Positions 49,969 to 63,200 of a stretch of DNA of 64,000 bases are shown piece after piece. The position numbers and the translations under genes were made by a program. The notes beneath the pieces are model-generated. The model saw only the letters and a list, made by a program, of their open reading frames with translations. It had not been told where the DNA came from and ran no database searches. Numbering within the stretch: position 1 is the stretch's first letter; each line of letters opens with the position of its first letter. This DNA is from Mustelus asterias (lineage: Eukaryota), in NCBI RefSeq assembly GCF_964213995.1, contig NC_135830.1, forward strand, positions 16,058,001 through 16,122,000, written 5' to 3'.

Positions 49969-51400
49969 TCATGCCTTCCCCTGGTCCCTCAGCCATTTCA
50001 GGAAGGCTTCCTGCATGTCTAAGTGGGGTTCGGGCTTGGGCTTGAGCCTGCACTGCTCAGCTGAGTGACCTGTTCTGCCACAGGTCCCACAAGCTTGTCC
50101 AGGTTCTGATCGACAGTGCCGAGCTATGTGCCCGGGTCTTCCGCAGCGGAAGCACTTAGATGTTGGTTTAAAGTTAGGGGCATCTATTTTTGAAGAGGCT
50201 GTCCGGGACCAGGGTGCGGTTCGGTTGCTCCCTGCCCCGGCCCTGGCATCTACCCGGCGTGCCCACTGGACTGCGGTATCGTAGGTGTCTGCAGTGACGA
50301 TTCCGAATTTTAAAACTTCCTGATGTGTCGGGGAAAGCCCGTCTAAAAACATTTGGATGCACGGGGCATCGTTAGGGTCGGGGTTTTCCTGCCCGGACGA
50401 CTCATAATAAGCCTCATGCAGGCGAGTAGCATAGTTGCTGCTGGATTCTCCCTTTTCCTTCCTACAGGATTGGAGTGTTCCCCAGTTGGTGGCAGGGTTT
50501 CCCAGAGCTGTACAGACTGCACGTTTAAAGGCATTATATGCGTCCCTGGATCGCCCTGGAGGCATTGTTAGGGACTCCGTTCGCCCATGCCCCATCCTGG
50601 ATCGTGGAGGTGACAGGGTTCTCCGGGTCAGTGCTGGTTAGAGTCCTCCATTCATCTGAGAGGCACTTCGCTCTGACTATCTGGTGGATATCACGGGGGT
50701 GGAGATCGTGGACATCCCACATCTCCTCAAGAGTCCTACAGAACTCTGTATTTTTACTTCGGGTGCGCAGAGTACCTAACTCCTTTCGGATAGTCTGCTT
50801 TTCTAAGGGAGTGAATGCTTTATAGCGATCCTGGCCATTAGCTGTCCTCTGTACTGGGGCACATTTCTGTACGCTGCCGGGTTCGTACTCGGGTGGTGCA
50901 CTAGGAAGTGCGGGGTACACCGAAGACGTGGTGGTCTCCGGGGCGCTAATTTTACGGGTTTCGGCTCATAATTCTGGGATCCGAGCCTCTAAACTTGCAA
51001 TACTCTTCGTCTTTTCCTCTAACTTTTCCTGGTAAACCAGGTTCATACGGACCGCTATCATTAACTGTTTAACTAAAATTACTGCAGCCTTTTTAGAAGC
51101 GTCCCGCTGGTGGCTATTCCACCATTCCCTTTGTAGTGGGAAGGACGCACAGGAGTCCCATCCCTCCTTTCACATTTTCCTGATTAGTTTCTGCTGTTGC
51201 ATCCCAAATATAAGAGATCCTTCTGGCCCCCATTCTAGGGAGAGGCTATCCTCTTGCTCCCTTCCTCCCCTTACGTATGCGCAACCTACTTCAGAATCTC
51301 TGTCCTGGGGTAATCTTTCCTCGGGCTTTCCTTCATGGGGCATTCTGTCTCTCTTTCTCTCTCTTGCCTTTCTGTACCTTTCACATTCCCTGAGCCCGTA
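49969..51400 (-). pseudogene. gag: ERV gag (frameshifted)
   Basis: PSAPPEY late-domain-like motif; two CCHC knuckles CFRCGRPGHIARHC and CGTCGRTGHSAEQC; TGA followed in frame by the protease. Confidence 0.88.
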
Positions 51401-52499
51401 CCCCACTCCTATTTTGAGTGCTTCTGGAATCTGTCAACCCTTTCGGTTCCCTAAGTTCCTGGCTGACAGAGGTATGCCTAACCTACCCGGTCATCCAATA
51501 AGGCCTTTTTCTTTATCACCCTTATTGGCGCACCGGGTGGTTAGCAGGGATATGAAGGCCTGCCATGACAATGGTCCACCTCTTGTGGATGCTTACAAGG
51601 CCCTCTCACAATAGGTAGCCGACCAATAGGTAGCCGACAGCAGTGTACTTAACCGTGTTACAAATTCAAAGTTCTCAATCAGTGAAATTTGTGCAGTAGC
51701 CAATCAGTGTATGTGCACTTTTTGTACCCACTCAGTCTACAGCTGTTATCCAGGTTGGAGGAAGTCCCCTCCTGGTCCCGACGGCGCTCGGATCCTTCCG
51801 GACTCTGGACGTCTGAAATTGACTTCTCACCCACTTGATCCTTGTCACCGTGGGTCCAGCAAGTGGTCGCTTCCTCCCGGGTTTTGGCACCAAACTGTAA
51901 GGGGAAATTACTCGCTTCCTACCAGCATAAAAGACAGGCAGGCATGAGCACAGTACAGAAAGGCAACGCAAACTTTATTCTCTGTTTAAAATAACAGAAA
52001 CAGCAGGCCTGGGGAGAGACAGCTGCTCGTCAACTGCTCTCCCTGGACATTCTGCGCTTTACAATTTATAGGGCTTTGAACTTCGCACCAAACAAACGGG
52101 AATAGGCTCATCATGTATTACCTGTTACATGATCAGTGCCTGCTAATAACAAAAAGCAGTGGCACAATAGCAAGATATTAAAAAGCCATTACAGATAGGT
52201 GGAATTGACCTGTGGCTGATGATGTTGTGAACCAATTTCCCGAGGCTGATCTCTTTCTGGAGGGTTTCCTTTGTGTCTTGAGCTTCTTGCATAATCTAAT
52301 CAGTTGAGCTATTGTCTATGTTTCCCCTGCTTTGAGTCTAAAGTGATGAGGCTGTCTGAAGTGATTAAGGGGTGCCCATGAGTCATCGCATTGCTGTGAG
52401 CTGCTGACAATATTTTAAAATAAATTTGATATACACGTGTAAAATTTCCATGGTATTAAGCATAAAAGTCGTCTTAAGAATAAAGGTCGCCCCCTTCAC

Positions 52500-54795
52500 C
52501 CTCCATACCAGGCAACATCCTGGTAAACCTTCTCTGCACTCTCTCCAAAGCCTCCACATCCTTCTGGTAGTGTGGCGACCAGAACTGGACGCAGTATTCC
52601 AAATGTGGCCCAACCAACGTTCTATACAGCTGCTACATCATATGCCAACTTTTATATTCTATGCCCCGTCCAATAAAGGTAAGCATGTCATATGCCTTCT
52701 TCACCACCCTCTCCACCTGTGCTGCCAGCTTTAACGATCTGTGGACTTGTACACCCAGGTCCCTCTGTGTTTCTGTACTCCTGATGGTCCAGCCATTTAT
52801 TGTACAGCTCCCCCTTACATTAGATCTCCCGAAATGCATCACTTCGCATTTATCTTGATTAAATTCTATCTGCCATTTTTCCGCCCAATGTTCCAGCCTA
52901 TCTATATCCTGCTGTATTCACTGACAATGTTCATCACTATCCGCAACTCCAGCAATCTTTGTGTCGTCCGCAAACTTACTGATCACACCAGCTACATCCT
53001 CCTCCAAATCATTTATATATATCACAAACAGCAGAGGTCCCAGTGCAGAGCCCTGCAGAACACCACAAGTTACAGACCTCCAACCGGAAAAAGACCCCTC
53101 CACTGTTACCCTCTGTCTTATATGGCTAAGCCAGTTCTCCACCCATCTAGCTAGCTCACCTTTTATCCCGTGAGATTTAACCTTTTGCACCAGCCTGCCA
53201 TGAGGGACCTTGTCAAACGCTTTACTAAAATCCATATAGACGACATCCACGGCCCTTTCCTCGTCAATCGTTTTTGTCACCTCCTCAAAAAACTCAACCA
53301 AATTTGCGAGGCATGACCTCCCTCGTACAAAACCATGCTGTCTATTGCTACTGAGATTATTCAGTTCTAAATGCGCATATATCCTATCTCTAAGAATCTT
53401 CTCCAACAATTCCCCTACCACCGACGTCAAGCTCACCTGCCTATAAATGTCCGGGTTATCCTTCCTACCCTTCTTAAATAACGGGACAACATTTGCTATC
53501 CTCCAATCCTCTGGGACCTCACCTTTGTCCAGCAAAGAGACAAAGATTTCTGTCAGAGGCCCAGAAATTTCATCTCTTGCCTACCTGCGGAGTCCAGGAT
53601 AGATGCCATCCGGCCCTCGGGATTTGTCTGTCTTAATGTTTCCTAAAGAACCTAACACTTCCTTCCTTGTAATTGAGATTTTTTCTAACGGGTCAACACA
53701 TCTCTCTGAGACACTACCAGTGAACATGTCCCTCTCCTTTGTGAATACTGATGAAAAGTATTCGTTTAGGATCTCACTTACTTCCTTTGCTTCTCAGCAT
53801 AATTCCCCTCCTTTGTCCCTGAGTGTTCCGATTCTTTCCCTAACAACCCGCTTGTTCAGAACATATGTATAAAATGCCTTAGGATTCTCCTTAATCCTGT
53901 CTGCCAAGGACATTTCGTGACCCCTTTTTGCCCTTCTATCTCCCTGTTTAGGTTATTTTCTGCTTTCTCTGTATTCCTCCAGTGCTCCATCTGTTTTTAG
54001 CTGCCTGGACCTCATGTATGCCTCTTTTTTCTTTTTGATTAGACCCACAATTTCACTGGTTATACACGGCTCTCGATTCCTACCTTTCCTATCCTTCCTC
54101 TTTACAGGCACATGCTTGTCCTGCAGTCCTATCAACTGCTACTTAAAATACTCCCACACGCCAGTTGTGGATTTATCCTCGAACTGCCTCTCCCAATCAA
54201 CAGCCACCAAATCCTGCCTAATCCGGCTTTAGTTAGCCTTCCCCCTATTCAGCACCTTACCCAAAGGACAAGACTCATCTTTTTCCATTACTATCCTAAA
54301 GTTTACAGAATTGTGGTCACTATTTGCCACATGTTCCCCCACTGAAACTTTGATGACCTGACCGGGCTCATTCCCCAGGACTAGGTCCAGTATAGCCCCC
54401 TTTCAATTGCCCTGTCAACATATTATTCCAAAGGACCTTCCTGTACGCATTTTATAAATTCTTCCCCGTCCAGGTACCCAGCCCTAAGCGATTTCCAGTC
54501 TATGTGAGGGAAATTAAAGTCTCCCACTACAACAACCCTATTTTTTCTGTACCTGTCCAGAATCTCCTTACATATCCGTTCTTCAACTTCCCGTGGGCTG
54601 TTGGGAGGCCCGGAGTATACCCCCAGCATAGTGACTGCGCCCTTCCTGTTTCTGAGCTCCACCCACAGTGACTCGTTACCTGACCCTTCCAAATTGTCCA
54701 CCCTCTGTACCGCTGTAATATGCTCCCTAACCAGCATTGCTCTCATAGCCCCTCCTCTGTCTCGCCTAAAACACTTATACCCTGGAATATTCAAA
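52500..54795 (-). mobile_element. CR1 LINE ORF2 fragment (endonuclease to RT), 3' end missing
   Basis: GDFNFP endonuclease and DFSKAFDKV/FADD RT motifs; sequence stops mid-RT at the LTR. Confidence 0.9.
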
Positions 54796-56420
54796 TCCTA
54801 ATTGAATGGCGCATGCCTAATTGACAGGGGGCACTCCTAATTGACAGGTGGCACGCCTAACTGACAGGGGGAACTCCTAATTGACAAGGGCACTCCTGAT
54901 TGACGGGGGGCCCTCCTAATTGACAGGGGCACTCCTAATTGAGACTCAGCACTCGTAACTGAAAGAGTCGCTGCTCCAAATCTAAATAAGTTGCATTCCA
55001 AACCGCTATAAGTGCACTCCAAATCGAGATAGGGGGCACTCCAAATCGAGATAGGGGGCATTCCTAATGGAGATATAGGTGGCATTCCAATCGAGATAGG
55101 GGGCACTCCAAATCGAGATATGGCGCGCACTCCAAACCAAGATAGGGTGGGCACTCCAATTCGAGATAGGGGGCACTCCAAATCGAGATATGGGGGGCAT
55201 TCCAAACCGAGATATGCAGGGCACTCCAAATCGTGATACGGGGAGGTTGGAAAACTCCAAATCGAGATATGGGGGGCACTCCAAATCGAGGGATTGGAGG
55301 ATCTTCAAATCGAGATATGGGAGGAACCGCAAACCCAGATATGGGGGGCACTCCAAATCGGGATATGGGGGTGCACTCCAACTCGAATGGGGGAAATCCA
55401 ATTCGAGATAATGGCACACCTAGTCAAGGTAGGGGCATGCCTAATTGACAGAGGGCACTCATAATAGACAAGGGACACTCATAATTAACAAGGGGCACTC
55501 ATAATTGACCCAGCCTCTCCTAATCGAAATAGTGAGCACTCCAAATTGAGATGGGAGCATTCCAAATCAAAATAGGGGGCATTCCAAATCGAGATATAGG
55601 GCATTCCTAATTGACCCGGGGCACTGGAAATTGACATTTGGAACTCATAATCGATCGGGGGCACTCCGAGTTGACACTGGCACATAATTGACAGGGGGCG
55701 CACCTAATTCACCCAGGTATTCCTGATTGGCGGGCCACCCCTAATTGACAGGGTCACCCCTAATTGACGAGGCCACCCGTAATTGACAGGGGGCCCTCCT
55801 AATTGACATTGGGGCACTCCTCATAGTCATGGGGGGGGGGGGGGCGGGCACTTGTCATCGAGATGTGGGGCACTTGTCATCGAGACAGGGAACACTCTAA
55901 ATCGAGATGGGGGTCACTCCAAATCGAGATCGGAGATGCTCCTAATTGAGATCGGGGGCACTCCAAATCGAGATAGGGGTCACTACAAATCGACACGTGT
56001 ACTGGTAATTCACAGGGGGCACACCTAATTGACCTGAGCAGTCAGAAATGACAGGGGGTACTCATAATGGAGACTGGTATTCCTAATTGTCTGGTGGCAC
56101 TCAAAATGGGCAGGGGGCACTCAGAATTGACAGGGGGCAATCCTAATTGACCAGGGCACTCATAATTCACCCGGAATTGACAGGGGTCACTCCTAATTGA
56201 CTCGGGCACTCATATTTGAGATTCGGGCACTCATAATTATTCGCTGCTCCCATAACTGAAATAGTCGGTCTCCAAATCTAAATTGAGATAGAAGGCTCTT
56301 ATTCGAGTTAGGGGATGCTCCAAATTGGGATGGGGTACTCTAAATCAGGATAGTGAGCAATCTAAATTGAGATAAGGCACACTTCAAATTGAGATAGAGG
56401 TCTCTCTTATTGGAGATGGG
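54796..56420. repeat. Degenerate 20-23-bp minisatellite with two interleaved unit types
   Basis: gggggcactcctaattgaca and gggggcactccaaatcgagat units. Confidence 0.9.
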
Positions 56421-57334
56421 GGAAGCCGGGAGTTGTGGGTGTTGCTGGATGTTTACTCTGGGCTCTGAGAGCCTCATTCCCCCATCATTAAGAGCAAAGG
56501 TGCTGCAGCAGGAGCATCAAGAGCACCCGGGGCAGCTGCCAATGAAATAAATAACAAGACACTGTTTGTGGTGCTGCCCAAATGGAAGAGTAGTGGGAGT
56601 AGTGGTCTGGGTAGTGGGGCGGTTGGGGGGTGAATAAGGGATACACACACAGATCACTGTTTCCCTTATTCACCACACCCCGCTACCCAGACCGATCGCC
56701 ACTCCTGCCCCCTTCCCCCCACCGATCGCCCGCAGAGTGACAGCGGACCCCCTGCACCCCCACCAGAGATCCATCTGCGCCCCCGCCCCCACCGCCCGAG
56801 ATACACCCTCGCTCCTGCTTGTCACTCCGGGTCCGCTTTCTGTGCTTTCTGCGGGTCGGGTGCGGTCCGACACGGGCGCACTTTCTCCAATTTATTTCTA
56901 ACTGCGCATGATCAGTTCCGAGATCTGATCGTTCCGGCCGCACTAAGCCCCGTCCACAGCGGGAATAGGACTGGAGATGGCTGAAAGTGTATGGGGGCGT
57001 CTGGAAGCAGACTTCTAAGTCGGATCCGTACTTTACCCAGATTTCACTTAGAATGAAAATAGTAAAATCGGGCCCTCTGTGTTAAATGCAAATATAATTC
57101 TCTAAGTTGAGAGAGACACCAATCTTGTAAATGCATTTTCGTGAAATCTAATACAACTGGGTCCAATTCATTACAAGCATTATCATACAGTATCTTGTTT
57201 GTATTTATTATAACGAAACCATTTTGAGGTGCAGGACACGAATACTTAATTGGTGGAGATGAGGGAGTAGAGCAAAATTCATATTCAAATGTACCATGTG
57301 CCAAGGAGGGTACCGAAGGGTTAGGTTAACTATC

Positions 57335-57760
57335 TAATGTACTGACCCTCTGACATTGCAGCACCAGCTCAGTACTGACTCTCTGACAGTGCGGCATTCC
57401 CTCAGTACTGACCCTCTGACAGTGCGGTGCTCTCTCAGTACTGACCCTCTGACAATGCAGCACTCCCTCAATCTGACCCTCTGACAGTGCAGCACTCCCT
57501 CAGTCCTGATCCTCTGGTAGTGCAGCACTCCCTCAGTACTGACCCTCCCACAGTGCAGCACTCCCTCAAACTGGCCCTCTGACAGTGCGGCACTCCCTCA
57601 GGACTGATCCTCTGACAGTGCGGTGCTGTCTCAGCACTGACCCTCTGACAATGCAGCACTCCTTCAATCTGACCCTCTGACAGTGCGGAACTCCCTTAGT
57701 ACTGATCCTCTGACAGTGCAGCTCTCCCTCAGTACTGATCCTCTGACAGTGCGCCCTCAG
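57335..57760. repeat. About 33-bp tandem repeat
   Basis: cactccctcagtactgaccctctgacagtgcag units. Confidence 0.92.
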
Positions 57761-58399
57761 TAGTGCACCAGCGTTTGCCTCAAGTGTTCAGGTCTCTGGA
57801 ACATTCCCAGTGAACTACCACTGCTAGACAGAGACAAAACACATTGTGAAGAGCAAGGGCAATTGACAGAGACTGGAGAAGAATTGAACAGATAACTTGC
57901 TGGAATTCAGGAACATTCAATACAGTAAGTGGTTTCTCGACTCTGTTGGTGAAGCAGTTGATGTAATCCAGGCCTGTGTTAACTCGAGTGAGGCGAGGTG
58001 CTCTCCCTATCTCTTTCTGTCAGGTAGCACTGAGTTCCCTGTCACTGATATGGACAATGGGCCAACTTCTCCCCACAGTAACAAAGTCAGAGTGTTGGAA
58101 AGAGGACCATTACCTTCGTTCACGGGGAAAAAATTATCCGGGAGATCTCCTGGTTTCTTCAACTCCTGGCAATCCTCCCTGGTATCCACCCCCATAGACG
58201 GCAGCCGGAGCAGATGGTTTTTCGGGGTCGGGACATTCCCCTCATCTCTCTCTCACATTCTGAACTCCTTTCAGGATGAAGAACCTCCTGGGGTTCCCCT
58301 TAATAGCTTTCCAAAAAAGCGATGGAGACTCAATTAAGGAAAGTTGGCCTGTCAGCTACAACTCTCACCAACTTCTCCAGATGCAGCAGATAAAACATT

Positions 58400-58870
58400 C
58401 TTTCTGATTATATCACAGCTTGATATGGTTGCTGCTCTGCCCAAGACAGCAAGAAACTACAAACGATCATGAACAAAACCCAGTCCATCACTCAAACCAG
58501 CCTCCCATTCATTGACTCCATCGACACTTCCCGCTGCCTCGGGAAAGGCAGCCTGTATAATTAAGGACCCTACGCACCCCGGACATTCACCCTTCCACCT
58601 TCTTCCGTCAGGAAAAAAGATACAAAAGTCTGAGGGTACGTACCAACGGACTCAAACACAGCTTCTTCCCTGCTGCTGTCAAACTTTTGAATGGTCCTAC
58701 CTTGCATTAAGTTGGTCTTTATCTACACCCTTGCTGTGACTGTAACACTACATTCTGCACTCTCTCGTTTCCTTCTCCTCTACGTACTCTATGAACGGTA
58801 TGTTTTGTCTGCATAGTGCGCAAGAAACAAAACTTTTCGCAATACATGCGACAATAATAAATCAAATTAA
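58400..58870 (+). mobile_element. Rex1/Babar-like LINE 3' fragment
   Basis: IIKDPTHPGHSPFHLLPSG..RTNGLKHSFFPAAVKLL motif; aataaatcaaat tail. Confidence 0.7.
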
Positions 58871-58914
58871 ATAAGGGTTTCACGATTCTCCAACCTTTGT
58901 AATCCCTTCTGAGT

Positions 58915-59200
58915 TATTCAAGGTTCTCCAGGGTCAAAAGTTTTACCTTCAGCTTCAGTGTACGCCTCGCCCACTTTGTGGGTTTTCAGTTGGTGATGCT
59001 CGTCCAGGAGGAGACAGTGGTCAGAAGAGAATGCCGGCTTGGCATCGGTGGACATTACTGTGAACTTTTGCGACAGGAGGCCCATCCTGGAGCGGACAGA
59101 CCCATCTGGCAGCAACCATGCTGATCTATACTGCACTCCATCTGCAGGGTTGTTGAAGACATCGTATTTCTTTGATTCTTTCTCTCATTGCTGACAGTGC
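58915..59200 (-). mobile_element. Degenerate LINE endonuclease fragment (Tx1-like)
   Basis: PDGSVRSR...SDHCLL resembles the APE C-terminal motifs. Confidence 0.4.
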
Positions 59201-59374
59201 GCAGTTTGCTGTCAGCCCTGCCTTATCTTCGAGTCTCCATCTTGTGCTTAATCCTGCCCCAGCTGTGTGAGTTTGCTGGGTTAACCCCACACTCCAGTGA
59301 CAGTTTAAACAGGGCTTTTATTTGTTTGAAATCAAAATGTTAATCAGTCATTGTCTGTTTCTTTGCCACCATGT

Positions 59375-59895
59375 TTTGTGTGTGCGTGTGTGTGTTTTCT
59401 ATATGTGTGTGTGTGTGCGTGTGTGTGTGTGTTCTATATGTGTGTGTGTGTCTGTCCAAGTTTATGTGTGTGTGCTTCTGTGTTCCGCAGTGTCAATTTT
59501 CCAGAATGTCACTCCATGATGAAATTGGTCATGAATTCTAAAACTGCCTGTGGCCCATTGCAAATCCACAATCATTTTAATATTAGCGAATCTTTCCCTG
59601 CTTCTCTCTGTGTGTCTGTCTCCATTAGACACTTGGTCAATTTGTCCGTCTCTGTCTCTCCCACATTGCCAGTCTCTCACATGCAGAGCTCTCGCTCTCT
59701 CACACACAGACAAAATCTCGCTGACACGCACACCCTCTCACAAACACATTCTCTCACACTATCTCACACAGCCAATCACACACTGAGTCAGTAAATCTTA
59801 CACTCTCACACTCAAAGACAGATACTCATACACATGCACACACGCATGCACGCTCAGAGTAACAAACTCTGACACCCAATCACACATCTCACACT
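59375..59895. repeat. (TG)n and (CA/CT)n low-complexity region
   Basis: Seen directly. Confidence 0.85.
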
Positions 59896-60134
59896 CAATT
59901 GGAGATTAAAAGGGTTAGAATGGATCTTATATCAATGATAAATTTCTAACAGGATTAGACAGGGTGGATTCCGAAAGACTGTTCCCGATGGTGGGGGCGT
60001 CCGGAACTAGGGGTCATAGTTTGAGGATAAGGGGTAAACCTTTTAGAACTGAGGTGAGGAGATTTTCTTTTCATCCAGAGGGTGATTCATGTGTGAAATT
60101 CGCGACCACCAACTCTCTCACACATACACACACG

Positions 60135-60263
60135 NNNNNNNNNNNNNNNNNNNNNNNNNNNNNNNNNNNNNNNNNNNNNNNNNNNNNNNNNNNNNNNNNN
60201 NNNNNNNNNNNNNNNNNNNNNNNNNNNNNNNNNNNNNNNNNNNNNNNNNNNNNNNNNNNNNNN
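60135..60263. other. Assembly gap (129 N)
   Basis: N run between CA repeats. Confidence 1.
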
Positions 60264-60274
60264 ACATACACACA

Positions 60275-63200
60275 ATCAAAGAACAAAAAACACTGCAGCA
60301 CAGGAACAGGCCGGCCCACCAAGCCTGCGCCGATCATGTTTACCTATCCTGATCAACCGCTTATATCCCGCTATTCCCCGCTTGTTCATATGCCTATCAA
60401 GATATGTCTTAAATGTGGCTGAAGTGACTGCATCAGTTGGCAGTGCGTTCAAGGCCCCCACCACCCTCTGTGTAAAAACCTTCCCCCGCACATCTCCACT
60501 GAATCTTTCCCTCCTTATCTTGAACTTCTGACCCCTTGTAGTTGTCACGTCTGCCCTGGGAAAAAGCTTACAACTGTTCACCTTATGTATAGAACATAGA
60601 ACAGTACAGCACAGAACAGGCCCTTCGGCCCACGATGTTGTGCCGAGCTTTATCTGAAATCAAGATCAAGCGATCGCATTCCCTATCATCCTGGTTTGCT
60701 CCATGTGCCCATCCAATAACCGCGTAAATGATCCTAAAGTGTCTGACTCCACTATCACTGCAGGCAGTCCATTCCACACCCCAACCACTCTCTGCGTAAA
60801 GAACCTAACTCTGATATCCTTCCTATATCTCCCACCATGAACCCTATAGTTATGCCCCCTTGTAATAGCTCCATCCACCCGAGGAAATGGTCCTTGAACG
60901 TTCACTCTATCTATCCCCTTCATCATTTTGTAAACCTCTATTAAGTCTCCCCTCAAGTTCCTCCGCTCCAGAGAGAACAGCCCTAGCTCCCTCAACCTTT
61001 CCTCATAAGACCTACCCTCCAAACCAGGCAGCATCCTCGTAAATCCCCTCTGCACTCTTTCCAGCGCTTCCAAATCCTTCTTATAGTGAGGTGACCAGAA
61101 CTGCACACAATATTCCAAATGTGGTCTCACCAAGGTCCTGTACAGTTGCAGCATAACCCCACGGCTCTTAAACTCCAACCCCCTGTTAATAACAGCTAAG
61201 CTGTGGAGATGCTGGCGTTGGACTGGGGTAAACATAGTAAGAAGTCTCACAACACCAGGTTAAAGTCCAACAGATTTATTTGGTAGCAAATACCATAAGC
61301 TTTCGGAGCACTGCTCCTTCGTCAGATGGAGTGCAAATGTGCTCTCAAACAGTGCACAGACACAGAAATCAAGTTACAGAATACTAATTAGAATGCGAAT
61401 CTCTTCAGCCAGCCAGGTCTTAAAGGTACAGACAATGTGGGTGGAGGGAGCATTCAACACAGGTTAAAGAGATGTGTATTGTCTCCAGACAGAGCAGCTA
61501 GTGAGATTCTGCAAGATCAGGGGGAAAGCTGTGGGGGTTACTGATAATGTGACATAAATCCAACATCCAGGTTTAGGCCGTCCTCATGTGAGCGGAACTT
61601 GGCTATCAGTTTCTGCTCAGCGACTCTGCGCTGTCGTGTGTCGTGAAGGCCGCCTTGGAGAACGCTTACCTGAAGATCCCAGGCTGAATGCCCGCGACTA
61701 CAGCTAACACACCATAGGCCTCCTTCACAGCTCTAACCACTTGAGTGGCAACCTTTAGAGATCTGTGGATATGGACCCCAAGATCTCTCTGTTCCTCCAC
61801 AGTCTTCAGAACCCTACCTTTGACCCTGTAATCCACATTTCAATTCGTCCTACCAAAATGAATCACCTCATATTTATCAGGGTTAAACTCCATTTGCCAT
61901 TTTTCAGCCCAGCTTTGCATCCAATCTATGTCTCTTTGCAGCCGACAACAGCCCTCCACCTCATCCACTACTTCACCAATCTTGGTGTCATCAGCGAATT
62001 TACTGATCCACCCTTCAGCCCCCTCCTCCAAGTCATTAATAAAAATCACAAAGAGCAGAGGGCCAAGCACTGATCCTTGTGGCACTCCGCTAGGAACCTG
62101 CCTCCAGTCCGAAAATTTTCCATCCACCACCACCCTCTGTCGTCGATCAGATAGCCAGTTACCTGTCCAATCGGCCAACTTTCCCTCTATCCCACACCTC
62201 CTTACTTTCATCATAAGCCGACCATGGGGGACCTTATCAAACGCCTTACTAAAATCCATGTATATGACATCAACTGCCCTACCTTCATCAACACACTGAG
62301 TTACCTCCTCAAAAAACTCAATCAAATTTGTGAGGCACGACTTGCCCTTCACGAATCCGTGCTGACTATCCCGGATTAATCCGCATCTTTCTAAATGGTC
62401 GTAATTCCCATCCCTAAGGACTTTTTCCATCAATTTACCAACCACCGAAGTAGGACTAACCGGTCTATAATTACCAGGGTCATTTCTACTCCCCTTCTGA
62501 AACAGAGGAACAACATTCGCCACTCTCCAGTCCTCTGGCATCATCCCCGTGGACAGTGAGGACCCAAACATCAAAGCCAAAGGCTCTGAAATCTCATCCC
62601 TTGCCTCCCAAAGAATCCGAGGATATATTTAATCAGGCCCACGGGACTTATCGACCTTCAGTTTATTCAAAACTGGCAGTACATCCTCCCTCCGAACATC
62701 TTTTTCCTCCAGCCTATTAGTCTGTAACACCTTTTCTTCCTCAAAAACATGGCCCCTCTCCTTGGTGAACACTGAAGAAAAGTATTCATTCATCACCTCG
62801 CCTATATCTACTGACTCCATACACAAGTTCCCAGTACTGTCCATGACCGGTCTTAACCTCACCCTGGTCATTCTTTTATTCCTCACATAAGAGTAAAAAG
62901 CCTTGGGGTTTTCCTTGATCCGACCCGCCAAGGACTCCTCATGCCCCCTCCTAACTCTCCTGAGCCCCTTTTTCAGCTCATTCCTTGCTAACTTGTAACC
63001 CTCAATCGAGCCAACTGAACCTTGTTTCCTCATCCCTACATAAGCTTCCCTCTTCCTTTTCACAAGACATTCCACCTCTTTCGTGAACCATGGTTCCCTC
63101 ACTTGGCCATTTCCTCCCTGCCTGACAGGGACATACCTATCAAGGACACCCAGTATTTGTTCCTTGAAAAAGTTCCACTTTTCATCAGTGCCTTTCCCTG

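Larger units (their letters stand above)
40154..52498 (-). mobile_element. Class I (gamma/epsilon-like) endogenous retrovirus, degenerate, with nested insertions
   Basis: 5' LTR about 51896-52498; 3' LTR 40154-42374 (CR1 inside); PBS tggtgccaaaacccggga at 51875-51892 (tRNA-Phe); PPT about 42375-42389; gag-pro-pol-env order. Confidence 0.92.

Noticed and set aside
54837-55703. Repetitive ORFs (LECPPYLD...)
   Set aside because: Translations of a minisatellite that is open in several frames.
57897-58337. 146-aa ORF
   Set aside because: No recognisable domain, non-ATG start, lies between repeats.
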